The notes under the pieces were generated by a model. The model was not told the DNA's origin, did not search any database, and worked only from the letters and a program-made list of their open reading frames with translations. A program made the position numbers and the translations under genes. Positions 14,851 through 25,344 of a stretch of DNA of 35,295 bases are shown here, piece by piece. Source of the stretch: a virus (lineage: Duplodnaviria; Caudoviricetes); IMG/VR virus record IMGVR_UViG_3300034356_002595, positions 1-35,295 of that record; one strand, written 5' to 3'. Every line of letters starts with the position of its first letter. The stretch's first letter is position 1.

Positions 14851-17789
14851 TGGCACTAACAGTTATACAGCGACCCGATGCTAATTTATACGTAAACGAC
14901 CCACCTGAATACCAAGAGCAACCGTACTATTATTCTAGGTGGTCGGCTGCTTTTTTGCCGTTGGTGTACAAAATAAGCAATACTAAATTCCCAACAAATG
15001 AAGAGGATGGTGTAGACGCATATACTACCGTTACGAATAGGCAAGGCTATGCACGTTTTAATTTAGTAGTCACTTATGAAACCTATGTAGTTGGGGAAAA
15101 ACTAACGGTAAGCGGTTCGGTTTATAATGGTGTTTATGAAATTAGAGAGGTAGGTACTAACTATGTGACCTTAGATGTAGCATTTACAGTAACCGACACT
15201 GGCACGGTAGTAAAGTATTACGAAAACTATTCGACATTAATTAAGCTTTACGCTGGTGTTCCTGAAGGTCATCCTTTGTATGCTACCGACCCAATGACGT
15301 ATATCGGTACATACAGCATCGCACCAAACCTGCAAAACGTAGCTATCATTGATATTGCGGATTTAGTAAAGCAAAAGATAAGCCAAAATAACGATATAAG
15401 CGGAACTGGTAGGCCAAACGATTTAAACGCTTGGACTAGCTTTTATATCGATTTTGCAGAAACTTATGACGTTTATGAAAATAGGATTCCTAGTACGTTT
15501 ATATCAAGTTATACGGTAGACAATTTGCAAGGCATTACACCAATTAGCATAACCAACCCCGATTTTACTAGCAATCTAAACGGTTGGAGTCAAATAAAAG
15601 GCGTTGGAAATAACAACTGGATATGGGATAGCGGTTCGGCTAAATACCCAAGTACAGCTGTTGAAAGCTATAGCAAAAATTTATATCAAGAAATTAACCT
15701 GAAAAAATCAGTACCTTATAAATTGATATTAAACTACGAAATTGATAATGTACCCGATGCTGGTGGTGCTATTAATATTTTTGCTTCCAATTCATTAAAC
15801 CCAAAAAGAGCAGATGCTATTTATTCAAAACAACAAAACGTAACGGATTTATCTGAAACAAAAACTATTTATTTTACCCTAAGTGCAGATATAAAATACA
15901 TAATAATACAAGCGTGGACTTCAAATAAAAATGTAGTAGTCAAAGTTCATTCAATCGATATTGAAGAGGTAGGTTTAAATTACGATGTAGCCTATATTTT
16001 TGCGTCTAACAGCACACGTCAATTCTACGACACTATAACTAAGAAGCGCAGCATTTACGGTGGTAATATGGCTGAGTACGTGATGAACTACAATGAGCAA
16101 GGCATATTAGGTAAGTTTCTTACACGCTTTGAAAAGCCTTTGTTATTCCCTAACAACTACTTTGACATTTCGGCTATACTTCCACAATCGACACTAGACA
16201 TTCCTTTTACTGAAGATGGATTGCTTTATCGTGTACGTACATTGGATACAAATGGTGAAGAAATAACGGTAACAGATACCCAAATTGTAAATAACGGGGA
16301 TGGTGTTTATAGGCTGCGATTAGATAACAAGATAGCGTCGGGAGTAAAAGGCGATGTACAATTAATTCGCACGACTACAACTCCACAAAAAACAGATATG
16401 TACATTAAAAGTACTAACGGTGATGTTTATTGGTCAAATGACAATAATTCATTTGAAGATGACACGATTGCAGATTATGATATTTATGCCGTAGATGTAT
16501 ATGATTATGGCAAAGCAATAATAAGCGCATGGGATACTATAAGCGGTACATATTACAGAGCATTTTATAAAATTGATAATGGTCAATTTACATTGATTGA
16601 TACCGATACAAATGCTACAAATTACTTTTATAAAACTTTAAAGGCATTTGATGAAAATAATTTTGTTTCTTTAAGTGTAGGAGTAGGATTGACCCCGACA
16701 GAAAATCAATTTCTTGGTTATTATAAAAATGGATTTAGAAGGGTAAGTTTGTCGGGTTATGAAGTTACTTATATAGATGCTGCAAGCATAACAGAAATTT
16801 ACATCCAAGGCAGGCCAACAACACAACCAGCCGCAGGCATTTTAAAATATAACGGTAGCAGTATAGAAAACTGGTATCAATTTCCATTTCAATCTAATGT
16901 AAATGGTATAAAAACATTAAAAGTCGCATTTGGATATGTGTTTATGGTATTTGATAAATCAGATTCAACTACATGGCTTGCCAAAATAAATACATCAACA
17001 AAAGCATATCAAGAGTATTCATTGCCTTCAAATGCTTATATAGGTATTGATTTTATATCTGAAAATGAAGGTTATTTTATAACAGCTGACATACCAGCGG
17101 AAATATATAAATTTGAAAATGGCGCAGCTACGCTTTATACTGGCATAGATGCTTTAAGAACGGCAGCAGGGGATACAACACAATATACGAATATAGAACA
17201 CATAGGCGAAGGGATTGTGGTGGCTACATCTGAAAAACGTGGCTATAAATATATTGGTGAATGGATAGATATGGGCGAGTTAGATGCAAGTGCAACGATA
17301 ACTATTTACAGTGGCTTATTTAAATACAAAACAGAAACCTTTGAAATAAGCGAGCAACATCCATTTGAAATTGACAGCGAATGCAGCAAGTACAACATTT
17401 ACTTAAGTTGGATTAATAGACTTGGCAACTGGGAATACTTCAAATTTACTGAGCGTAAAACCTACGAAAAGAATGTTGAAAACACACTTGTAAGGCGCAA
17501 TATTTTCGATGCATTTCCTGACAAGTTTACGAGCGAAACGCAAGATGACAAGATACGAATTGAAAGCGTAGATAAAGTGACTGTGAGGTCGCAGTATATG
17601 ACTAGGGATTGTTTGGATATTGTATCCGAAATAATCGAAAGCATACGAGTTCAGCAATGGCTTAGCAATACCGAAAAGATTACGGTAATTGTCGATACCG
17701 ACAGCATAAGCAAATACACCGATGGAGATAAGCTATTTGCAATTGAGTTTGATATTATTTACCCTGACAATATAATTCAGAACCAATGA
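14850..17789 (+). CDS. Large virion tail-tip protein with inserted domains
   Basis: 979 aa; C-terminal WINRLGNWEYFKF motif; internal ITNPDFTSNLNGW carbohydrate-binding-like domain and a beta-rich AT-rich segment. Confidence 0.65.
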   Translation: MALTVIQRPDANLYVNDPPEYQEQPYYYSRWSAAFLPLVYKISNTKFPTNEEDGVDAYTTVTNRQGYARFNLVVTYETYVVGEKLTVSGSVYNGVYEIREVGTNYVTLDVAFTVTDTGTVVKYYENYSTLIKLYAGVPEGHPLYATDPMTYIGTYSIAPNLQNVAIIDIADLVKQKISQNNDISGTGRPNDLNAWTSFYIDFAETYDVYENRIPSTFISSYTVDNLQGITPISITNPDFTSNLNGWSQIKGVGNNNWIWDSGSAKYPSTAVESYSKNLYQEINLKKSVPYKLILNYEIDNVPDAGGAINIFASNSLNPKRADAIYSKQQNVTDLSETKTIYFTLSADIKYIIIQAWTSNKNVVVKVHSIDIEEVGLNYDVAYIFASNSTRQFYDTITKKRSIYGGNMAEYVMNYNEQGILGKFLTRFEKPLLFPNNYFDISAILPQSTLDIPFTEDGLLYRVRTLDTNGEEITVTDTQIVNNGDGVYRLRLDNKIASGVKGDVQLIRTTTTPQKTDMYIKSTNGDVYWSNDNNSFEDDTIADYDIYAVDVYDYGKAIISAWDTISGTYYRAFYKIDNGQFTLIDTDTNATNYFYKTLKAFDENNFVSLSVGVGLTPTENQFLGYYKNGFRRVSLSGYEVTYIDAASITEIYIQGRPTTQPAAGILKYNGSSIENWYQFPFQSNVNGIKTLKVAFGYVFMVFDKSDSTTWLAKINTSTKAYQEYSLPSNAYIGIDFISENEGYFITADIPAEIYKFENGAATLYTGIDALRTAAGDTTQYTNIEHIGEGIVVATSEKRGYKYIGEWIDMGELDASATITIYSGLFKYKTETFEISEQHPFEIDSECSKYNIYLSWINRLGNWEYFKFTERKTYEKNVENTLVRRNIFDAFPDKFTSETQDDKIRIESVDKVTVRSQYMTRDCLDIVSEIIESIRVQQWLSNTEKITVIVDTDSISKYTDGDKLFAIEFDIIYPDNIIQNQ

Positions 17790-19780
17790 TTTATATAGAG
17801 ATAGAAAGCACTGGCAAGATATTACCCTTGCCAAAAAAAGAACGGTTGAGGGTAACATTTCAGGCTGCGGACTTTGGGCAGGCAGGCAGTACAAATGGTT
17901 CATTTAGCACTTCCATAAATTTGCCAATGAGTGCTGAAGTTTTGGCGGCGTTAGGCTTTTCAAATGTGCTGAATGTAACTAGCCAATTGTCACCCTATAA
18001 AAATATAAAGGCTAGACTACTTCAAGACAATAACGAGATTGACAAAGGGTTTATTAGGATTGATGAAGACGATATAAAAAACAAAGAAATAACAATTACC
18101 TTTTTAGGTAGAAATGTGGATTGGTTTACCTCGCTAGGCGACAAAACATTAAGGGAGTTGGACTTAAGCGAATATGACCATTTTAAAACAAATCTTACTA
18201 TAAATGAACAGAGAACAGATGGTTATGTTTATTTGCCAGTAGATTATGGAACACTAGAAAGCAAATCAACTTTAACAATTGCATATGATGAAATATACCC
18301 AGCCATATTTGTAAATATGCTAGTTAAAAAAATATTTAAAGAAGCAGGGTATAAAGTAACTGGAACGCTATTTCAAAAGCAAGATTTTAACAGGCTTATA
18401 ATCCCATTTAGTCAAGAAAATATATTAAATACATTAGAATATCAAAAAAATTTAACTACAAGAGTATTGGCAGATTTTAATACTGCATTTCCAGCATCTC
18501 AAACAAGAGTATTATTAAATTTACCAATTAAAACGGGTAAAACACCACCTCCATTTTATCTGCAATTAACAGATGAATTAGAAAACTGGAATACAAATAT
18601 TTATACAAGTCCAGCAAAAATGTATGTTAAAGTTTCTTTATACAACTATATTAGTGGTATAAACCAAATAACTGGAGATGATGTATATGCAACTGGTTTT
18701 ATTTTAGCAAAAAATGGTGTTGATATACAAACATTAAGCAATAGTACAGTAATTTATAATCATATATTTTCGCAAGTATTATTAGATGTTGGAGATACTT
18801 TAGAAGTCTTTGCAACATTTACTGATTCAACATACGCAAATTATAACTTTACTTATTTAGAAGTTCTACCGCAATTAACTGCTGTAAATGAATCTAAATA
18901 TAGCTTAAATTCATTTTTGCCTGAAATGAAACAAAGCCAATTAATTGAATATATCTTTTTTATTTATGGTGTTATTCCATCATTTGATAAATCTACAAAT
19001 AGCGTTGTTTTAGATTCTCTATCAGATTTAACAATTCTTAATGCGGAAGATTGGGGTAATAAAATAGATTACTCACAATCAATTGAAAAAAGCTATTTTG
19101 ATTTTGTAGAAAATTATGCAAAACAAAACGTATGCAAATATGAAAATGAAGATGAAGATACCCTACAAGAAAATTACATAAACATTTACAAAGAAAATTA
19201 TGGGACAGGTGTATTTACAATAGATAATGATTATATAGATGCTGAACAAGATTATTTTACAGCTAGTGTATATCCTACTATAATGAGAAAAGTATTTACA
19301 AATGTTTCGGGTTTAAATTTGTATTTACCATATATTTTTAGAAAAGATGCTGACAAATGTAAAATATTATATTTTGCAGGGTTTTTGTCATTATCTGAAT
19401 TAACAAATAACCAAATTAGTAGTATAACTATTAATTTAAGTTCAAGAAATAATATACCTTATTCTTATTTTGTAAACCCATTACAAAATATTGTAAATGA
19501 CCCTATTATAAATAAACAGCTATCTTTTGGAATACCAAAAGACCAAAATACAGCAACTAAATCAATTTTAGATAGCACATACGGAAATCTACAGCGCATA
19601 CTTAACAAACCTATAAGCGTTACGGTTAGCTTGCGTTTATCGGCATTTGATATTGCAAACGTAAAATACAATAGATTAAAATATTTTGAGCAACTTGGCG
19701 GATACTATTACCTTAACAAAATAGGGCAATACGATGGCAGCGGGGAATCAACGGAATGCGAACTAATTAAATGGTATTAA
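17786..19780 (+). CDS. Tail tip/hub protein
   Basis: GSFSTSINLP, LRELDLSEYDH, YLPVDYG, YPAIFV, YYYLNKIGQY; lies just before the tape measure gene. Confidence 0.65.
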   Translation: MIYIEIESTGKILPLPKKERLRVTFQAADFGQAGSTNGSFSTSINLPMSAEVLAALGFSNVLNVTSQLSPYKNIKARLLQDNNEIDKGFIRIDEDDIKNKEITITFLGRNVDWFTSLGDKTLRELDLSEYDHFKTNLTINEQRTDGYVYLPVDYGTLESKSTLTIAYDEIYPAIFVNMLVKKIFKEAGYKVTGTLFQKQDFNRLIIPFSQENILNTLEYQKNLTTRVLADFNTAFPASQTRVLLNLPIKTGKTPPPFYLQLTDELENWNTNIYTSPAKMYVKVSLYNYISGINQITGDDVYATGFILAKNGVDIQTLSNSTVIYNHIFSQVLLDVGDTLEVFATFTDSTYANYNFTYLEVLPQLTAVNESKYSLNSFLPEMKQSQLIEYIFFIYGVIPSFDKSTNSVVLDSLSDLTILNAEDWGNKIDYSQSIEKSYFDFVENYAKQNVCKYENEDEDTLQENYINIYKENYGTGVFTIDNDYIDAEQDYFTASVYPTIMRKVFTNVSGLNLYLPYIFRKDADKCKILYFAGFLSLSELTNNQISSITINLSSRNNIPYSYFVNPLQNIVNDPIINKQLSFGIPKDQNTATKSILDSTYGNLQRILNKPISVTVSLRLSAFDIANVKYNRLKYFEQLGGYYYLNKIGQYDGSGESTECELIKWY

Positions 19781-19781
19781 A

Positions 19782-21998
19782 ATGGCAGAGGAACAAAAGG
19801 TAATATTAGAAATTCAAATTAATAACGACAAAGCGATTGCAAGTATTGTTGAGCAAAAGCGAGTACTTGAGCAATTACAATATGAGCAAAAACAGCTTGA
19901 CAAAACAAGTGAAGAGGGCAAAAAAGCTAGCGAAGCCTATACAGCAGTAATTAAGCAAAAGACAGACCAATTAAGGCGTACAGAAAAGTCCGTTGTAGAT
20001 AGCACAAAAGCCATGCAGGCTGAAGCTGGCAGCATTGAAGCTAACCGTGCAAAGCTAGCGCAATTGACTGCCGAGTATATCAAGTTAGGCAAACCAACGG
20101 CTGACCAGACAAAGGCTATTAAAGACTTATCCGATACTTTAAAAAGTCAAGAGTCGGCCATCGGGAATAATACTAGAAACGTAGGTAATTATAAAGAAGC
20201 GTTAGGCAATTTGGGGGGTGGTGTTGGAAAAGCCATTACGGGTATTCAAGGTTTTAATACAGCACTTTCAGCCAATCCAATTGGGGCGGTGGTTTCATTG
20301 ATTAATATGTTAGTCAATGCTTTAAAGGGCAATGCCGAAGTTGCCGATTTTGTAGAAAGGGCAATGGCTGGACTTAATAAAATGTTTCAGTTAGTTGTTG
20401 ATACTATTGTAAGTTTTGGTCAAAGTCTAGGAAAAGCATTTAGCAACCCAAAACAAGCTATACTTGATTTAATTACTTTAATTAAAGACAATTTATTAAA
20501 TAGGTTTAAAGCATTTGGGGTAATAGCAAGAGGTATTGCAGATGGTGATTTAAAAGCCGTAGCAAATGGCTTTATTCAAATGGGTACTGGTGTAGAAGAC
20601 GCAATTGGCAAAGTACAAAAGGTAGGGAAGGCTTTGGGCACTGCTGGTCAAGAAGGATTTAACGCAGCAAAAAAACTAGACGAGTTTACCGTTTCCCAAG
20701 CTAATCTAAATAGGGAAATGAAATTAAACGAAAAGCAAATGGCTGCTTTGGAACGTGATTTAAAAAACGTAGGCTTGACATTAGAAAGACGTAAAAAAGT
20801 AGCGACAGAATTAGCTGACTTAGAAATAAGAAATGCTAAAATAGCACAAACAGCTGCAAAAGAAATATTAGATATTGAAAGAGAAAAGCTAAAAGGAAAA
20901 ACGCTTAATGGCGAAGAGGAAGCGAAGTTAATTGATTTGCAAACAGCATATGAACTTGCAAAAGAAGATGAAAAAATTGCAGCTGCACAAAGGTCAAAAC
21001 GTATAGCCTTGCTATTAAAAAAAGAGGAAGTGGAAGCCAAAAAAGCATTGAACAATGAAGAGGTAAAGAACGAAGAAAAGAAATTAGAAGAGTTAAGAAA
21101 GGGGCAAGAGGAGTATGATAAATATTTAGAAGACCGAGCAAAAAAAGAAGCTAAAGCCGCCGAGCAGTTAGTGCAATACAAAAAGGAATTGCAAATAGAA
21201 GATGCCAAAACTTTAGAAGAAAAATTGCAATTGGAATTGGAATTGGCTGAAATAAAATACAAAGCTGATATAGAAGCCAATGACTATACTAAATCTGAGT
21301 TGGCTTTACGTGAAGCAAAATATCTTGAAGAGATTGCGGATTTGAATGATAAATATGCTGAAGATTCTAAAAAGAAGAAAAAAGAATTGATGATTTGGGA
21401 AAAAATGAATGAACAGCAAAAAGCAGATACTGTTCTAGGCATTATGGGTAATTTCCAAAAAGGTGCAGCATTATTAGGCGAAGAGGGTAAAGCAATTCAA
21501 AAAGCATTGGGCATTAGTTCGGCAATTATTGAAACTTACAAAGGTGCAAGTTTAGCACTAGGTACTTATGCTTTTCCTTTAGGTCCTATTATTGCAGCTT
21601 CAACCGTAGCTGCAGGTTTGGCAAACGTGGCAAGTATAGCAGCGGCCGCAGGTGGTGGTGACTTTGTGACTACTAAACCAACATTGCTTTTGGTAGGCGA
21701 CAATCCTGGTGGTAGGGAGCGTGTAACGGTTGAGCCATTAAGCGGTCGAGGTCAAACCAAAATTGGCAACAGCGGATTAATTGCAATGGCAGGTGGGGGC
21801 AGTTTGACTGTAAACCCTTCAGGCATGTCGGCTATATCCTCAACTGCTAGCAATGACGTATTTAACCAAATGGCATTAAGCAAAAGCATAACCGATAGTT
21901 TTTCTAAACTAGGCAATCCCGTTGTATCGGTTGTTGATATTAAAAAGGTTTCAAACAAAACAACGGTAACGGAAAACAAAGCAAGATTAAGAGCATGA
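19782..21998 (+). CDS. Tail tape measure protein
   Basis: Long Ala/Gly-rich and coiled-coil protein; RNVGNYKEAL motif; hydrophobic segments. Confidence 0.85.
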   Translation: MAEEQKVILEIQINNDKAIASIVEQKRVLEQLQYEQKQLDKTSEEGKKASEAYTAVIKQKTDQLRRTEKSVVDSTKAMQAEAGSIEANRAKLAQLTAEYIKLGKPTADQTKAIKDLSDTLKSQESAIGNNTRNVGNYKEALGNLGGGVGKAITGIQGFNTALSANPIGAVVSLINMLVNALKGNAEVADFVERAMAGLNKMFQLVVDTIVSFGQSLGKAFSNPKQAILDLITLIKDNLLNRFKAFGVIARGIADGDLKAVANGFIQMGTGVEDAIGKVQKVGKALGTAGQEGFNAAKKLDEFTVSQANLNREMKLNEKQMAALERDLKNVGLTLERRKKVATELADLEIRNAKIAQTAAKEILDIEREKLKGKTLNGEEEAKLIDLQTAYELAKEDEKIAAAQRSKRIALLLKKEEVEAKKALNNEEVKNEEKKLEELRKGQEEYDKYLEDRAKKEAKAAEQLVQYKKELQIEDAKTLEEKLQLELELAEIKYKADIEANDYTKSELALREAKYLEEIADLNDKYAEDSKKKKKELMIWEKMNEQQKADTVLGIMGNFQKGAALLGEEGKAIQKALGISSAIIETYKGASLALGTYAFPLGPIIAASTVAAGLANVASIAAAAGGGDFVTTKPTLLLVGDNPGGRERVTVEPLSGRGQTKIGNSGLIAMAGGGSLTVNPSGMSAISSTASNDVFNQMALSKSITDSFSKLGNPVVSVVDIKKVSNKTTVTENKARLRA

Positions 21999-22246
21999 GT
22001 TACGTAGCTAAAATTATAGAACAAGAGTGTCCCGAATGCCATGCCGAAAAGGTGGCTAGTATTTTAATCCGTAACGGCATAACCAATTACATTAAGGAAT
22101 ACCATTACGAGATATTTAATTATTTTCAAACCCGATTGGAATTTTATAAAGAGGATTACCGACCGTTAAGAATGGCGGCTAAGGACACGATGCAGAAATT
22201 TAAAATAAGCCGTTTTAAACTTTTCAGAATACGCAAAGAATTTTAG
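21995..22246 (+). CDS. Small protein with possible C-terminal HTH
   Basis: AAKDTMQKFKISRFKLFRIRK looks like a HTH; lies upstream of the head-gene promoter. Confidence 0.55.
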   Translation: MSYVAKIIEQECPECHAEKVASILIRNGITNYIKEYHYEIFNYFQTRLEFYKEDYRPLRMAAKDTMQKFKISRFKLFRIRKEF

Positions 22247-22295
22247 TGTGCGTAAACGTGCAACACATTATAACTAATAATTTTTATGACACATG

Positions 22296-22303
22296 TACTT
22301 TTG
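22296..22303 (+). promoter_or_regulatory. -7 box (TACTTTTG) 4 nt before the protease ATG (leaderless candidate)
   Basis: TACTTTTG-gtgc-ATG. Confidence 0.5.
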
Positions 22304-22307
22304 GTGC

Positions 22308-23423
22308 ATGTTGTACGATTTATACATTTACGGTGCGATTGGCGAGGGCGGGGTCACAGCTGACTACGTTAAGACACAATTGGAGTCGGCTAAGAAAAAG
22401 AAAGCCGATTATGTAAACGTGCACATCTCAAGTCCAGGTGGCGAAGTTTACGAAGGTTACACCATTTACAATCTCCTTAAAAATTCAGGTTTCAAAATCA
22501 ATACTTTAATCGAGGGGTTTTGTGCTTCTATCGCCACGCTAATAGCATTAGCGGGTGAGGAAGTAACCATGAACAAAACGGCTTCGTTTATGATCCACAA
22601 TCCGTTTGTGGGAGTCGAAGGGGATGCCAACACTTTGCGTCAAACGGCCGAACATCTTGACACTATCAAAAAAGAACTAGTAAAAGTTTATAAAGAAAGA
22701 ACTGGCATAAGTGAAGCTGAATTGTGGGCGCTTATGGATAATGAAACTTACTACACTGCCGAAGGCGCGCAAAGCGCAGGGTTTGTCAAAGTAGTAAACG
22801 AAGCGAATTATAAAGCAGTCGCATATTTTCAATTAAACCAAACAACAAATAAAATGGATAAACCAATCCTAGAAGTTATTCGGGGCGAGTTCGCTTCGAT
22901 TAAAAATTCGATTGCCAAACTTATGGGCAGTCCTAAAAACATAGATACCACGCTAGAAGATGGCACGGCAGTATTCATCGAAACTGAAGGCGACATACTA
23001 GGCGCAAGTATTTACAAAATAGCCGAAGACGGTACTTATGTGCCTTTAACCGATGGCGATTATGTACTTGCTGACGGCACAGCTATTGTAGTAGTTGGTG
23101 GCGCAATTACGGAAGTAATGCCAGCCGCTGAAGCCAGCACAGATGTAGAAGCGTTGCAAGCGGAAAACGCTGCATTGAAAGCTGAAATAGCCGCCAAGTC
23201 TGAAGAGGTAGCAAGCCTTAAGGCAAGTAACGAAAGCAACACTGCTGCACTTGCAGAATTGAATGCAAAAATTGAAAGCGTAATGGCTAAACTTCCCGCT
23301 GGTGAAGAGCCTAAAGCTAAGTTTACTAAAACTTTCAAAGCAATTGAAAGCAAAGAAGTCAAAACCGAAGAGCCTTTGTCACATTGGGCAAAATCAGTAT
23401 TGGCAGAAAATGTACGTTCTTAA
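22308..23423 (+). CDS. ClpP-type head maturation protease fused to a scaffold-like coiled coil
   Basis: ISSPGGEV, CASIAT (catalytic Ser), FMIHNP, ETYYTAEGA; C-terminal acidic/coiled-coil region. ORF track starts at 22293. Confidence 0.9.
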   Translation: MLYDLYIYGAIGEGGVTADYVKTQLESAKKKKADYVNVHISSPGGEVYEGYTIYNLLKNSGFKINTLIEGFCASIATLIALAGEEVTMNKTASFMIHNPFVGVEGDANTLRQTAEHLDTIKKELVKVYKERTGISEAELWALMDNETYYTAEGAQSAGFVKVVNEANYKAVAYFQLNQTTNKMDKPILEVIRGEFASIKNSIAKLMGSPKNIDTTLEDGTAVFIETEGDILGASIYKIAEDGTYVPLTDGDYVLADGTAIVVVGGAITEVMPAAEASTDVEALQAENAALKAEIAAKSEEVASLKASNESNTAALAELNAKIESVMAKLPAGEEPKAKFTKTFKAIESKEVKTEEPLSHWAKSVLAENVRS

Positions 23424-23453
23424 ATTATTTATCTAAACCAAACAACAAACAAA

Positions 23454-24449
23454 ATGGCAATCACACAATCATTCAACTACACATGGGATGGGCAGGTAGC
23501 AACCGACGTGCTTATTAAGCCCGTTGTACAAAGTCCTGACTTCCTTACTTTCTTTAATGTAAAAACTGGCATCAAAAACAAGTGGCAAATCACACTTGGC
23601 GCGGCCATGTCAAACATTATTAAGAAAGCAACTGCATGTAACGACCGCACACCTTCAGGCACTGGCGCACTTACTAACCGTACTCTTGAACTTCAGGAAA
23701 TGGAGTTCTTTGTTTCGGCTTGTAAATCAGAGTTTGAAAACCAATTCACTGAAGAGTGGCTAAAAACTGGAAACGACATCAACGACCTTTCGGGTACCGA
23801 TGCCGAGCGTTTAATCCTTAACCTTTTGACTCCTGGTTTCAAATCAGATTTGTCAAGATTGTTTTGGTTCGGTAACGCTGGTTCAGCCAATGCCGACCTT
23901 AACGGTATGACTGGTGTATGGACTCGCTTGTTTGCAGGTGTGCAAGATAGCTACTGTGTTAAGCGTGTTGACAACATCGCTACCCTTAACCAAACAGCTG
24001 GCTCACGTGCTGTAGATTATTTGGAAAACGCTTACGTGCAAGCTCCAATAATCCTTAAGCAAATAGAAGCTGGCAGCAAAAGATTCTTGGTAACTGGCAA
24101 CATCTTTGAAAACTACATGAAGTATCTTGAGTCTACCGATTCAAGTGCTAACGGTGTACGTTTGATAACTGAAGGTCAAGTACGTTTGTTCTATCGTGGT
24201 ATCGAAGTAGTACCTATGTACAACTGGGACAACGACATTTCAGCTTACTCACTAGGTTCGCCTAGCCGTTTGCTTTACACTACTCCTGACAACCACTGGA
24301 TTGGTGTAAGTGCTGCTGCTGACATTGATGGCATAAGCGCATGGTATGAAAAGAAAGACCGTACGTACTACGTAGAAAACCAATTTAAATTGGGTTACCA
24401 ATACGCACATTGCGACTTGCAAGTAGTTTCTTACGGTGCTGCATCTTAA
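23454..24449 (+). CDS. Major capsid protein
   Basis: 331 aa, directly after the protease/scaffold; strongly biased codon usage; followed by a hairpin. Confidence 0.8.
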   Translation: MAITQSFNYTWDGQVATDVLIKPVVQSPDFLTFFNVKTGIKNKWQITLGAAMSNIIKKATACNDRTPSGTGALTNRTLELQEMEFFVSACKSEFENQFTEEWLKTGNDINDLSGTDAERLILNLLTPGFKSDLSRLFWFGNAGSANADLNGMTGVWTRLFAGVQDSYCVKRVDNIATLNQTAGSRAVDYLENAYVQAPIILKQIEAGSKRFLVTGNIFENYMKYLESTDSSANGVRLITEGQVRLFYRGIEVVPMYNWDNDISAYSLGSPSRLLYTTPDNHWIGVSAAADIDGISAWYEKKDRTYYVENQFKLGYQYAHCDLQVVSYGAAS

Positions 24450-24457
24450 ATAATTAT

Positions 24458-24480
24458 ACCCCCCCTTAATTGGGGGGTTT
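24458..24480 (+). terminator. Hairpin after the capsid gene (partial terminator or mRNA stabiliser)
   Basis: cccccc-(c)ttaatt-gggggg followed by ttt. Confidence 0.6.
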
Positions 24481-24500
24481 ACCTTTTAAATTAAAGAAAT

Positions 24501-25034
24501 ATGGCAGAGTGTTTATTAACGGGAGGTATCTCCATAGATTGCTCAAACCTTAAAAGCGTAGGAGGGGTTTCTAAAACCTTTTATGCTGTTAGTTTGAGTA
24601 ATATCGCAAGCTATACTGAAGCGAGCGGTTACATTACAAACATTGTCCTAGATTCTTATACTAAGATGTATAAGTTCGTAGGACAAAAACGTGGTAATAG
24701 CAAGTCCATAAACGGTGTTGTACAGGCTGGTGCTAACAAGTTTTTTGAGCATGTGTTTATCGGTAAGTTGTACGCTTCCACTCCTGACGACGATACCGTG
24801 ATTGAGGATTTGATGACTAGCGATGTAGTGATTTTTAACAAAGACAATAACGGCAATTGGTTTGCTTACGGCTTCGAAAACGGCATGGAGGTAACAGCCT
24901 ATGCGCAAACTTCAGGCACGGAAGCGGCCACAGATACGAGCGACACGCTTACCTTCACAGGCCAAGAGAAAAAGAAACCTAGAAGGTTGAATTTAACTGG
25001 CGGTAACGAAGCTAAGTTGGAATCTTTATTGTAA
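24501..25034 (+). CDS. Putative major tail (tube) protein
   Basis: 177 aa; C..SVGGV N-terminus, KDNNGNWFAYGFENGM, TLTFTGQE patterns seen in Bacteroidota siphophage tube proteins. Confidence 0.7.
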   Translation: MAECLLTGGISIDCSNLKSVGGVSKTFYAVSLSNIASYTEASGYITNIVLDSYTKMYKFVGQKRGNSKSINGVVQAGANKFFEHVFIGKLYASTPDDDTVIEDLMTSDVVIFNKDNNGNWFAYGFENGMEVTAYAQTSGTEAATDTSDTLTFTGQEKKKPRRLNLTGGNEAKLESLL

Positions 25035-25076
25035 ATTTGAGCGAGTAGTTAGGAATTTTCATAGTTTATTAGGATT

Positions 25077-25111
25077 AAAAAGACAGTGGGTTTTGCTCAC
25101 TGTTTTTTTTT
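25077..25111 (+). terminator. Rho-independent terminator
   Basis: aaaaagACAGTGGG-tttt-g-CTCACTGT followed by a long T run. Confidence 0.8.
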
Positions 25112-25125
25112 GTTTAAATAGTGCA

Positions 25126-25133
25126 TAACTTTG
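25126..25133 (+). promoter_or_regulatory. -7 box (TAACTTTG) opening the glycosyltransferase operon (leaderless candidate)
   Basis: TAACTTTG-cacc-ATG immediately after the terminator. Confidence 0.6.
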
Positions 25134-25137
25134 CACC

Positions 25138-25344
25138 ATGTTAGATGACCTAGTAAACACATTCAACGCTATACCGACTGGCAGTAGCTGCGATTCCGAC
25201 AAAACAGCACAACAGAATATCATGTACGCTTGCCATTTGTATAATAAACTAACTAATCAAAGTATAGGGTGTTCAGTTTGCAAGTGGCAAGGGGCGATTA
25301 AACCTGCAATAGTTAAATATCTTAAAGGTTGTGGCAAACTATAG
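25138..25344 (+). CDS. Small Cys-containing protein
   Basis: 68 aa with CSVC; first gene after the promoter. Confidence 0.7.
   Translation: MLDDLVNTFNAIPTGSSCDSDKTAQQNIMYACHLYNKLTNQSIGCSVCKWQGAIKPAIVKYLKGCGKL

Noticed and set aside
25035-25075. Minus-strand AACTATG opening a 16-codon ORF antisense to the end of the tube gene
   Set aside because: Too short and no promoter support.
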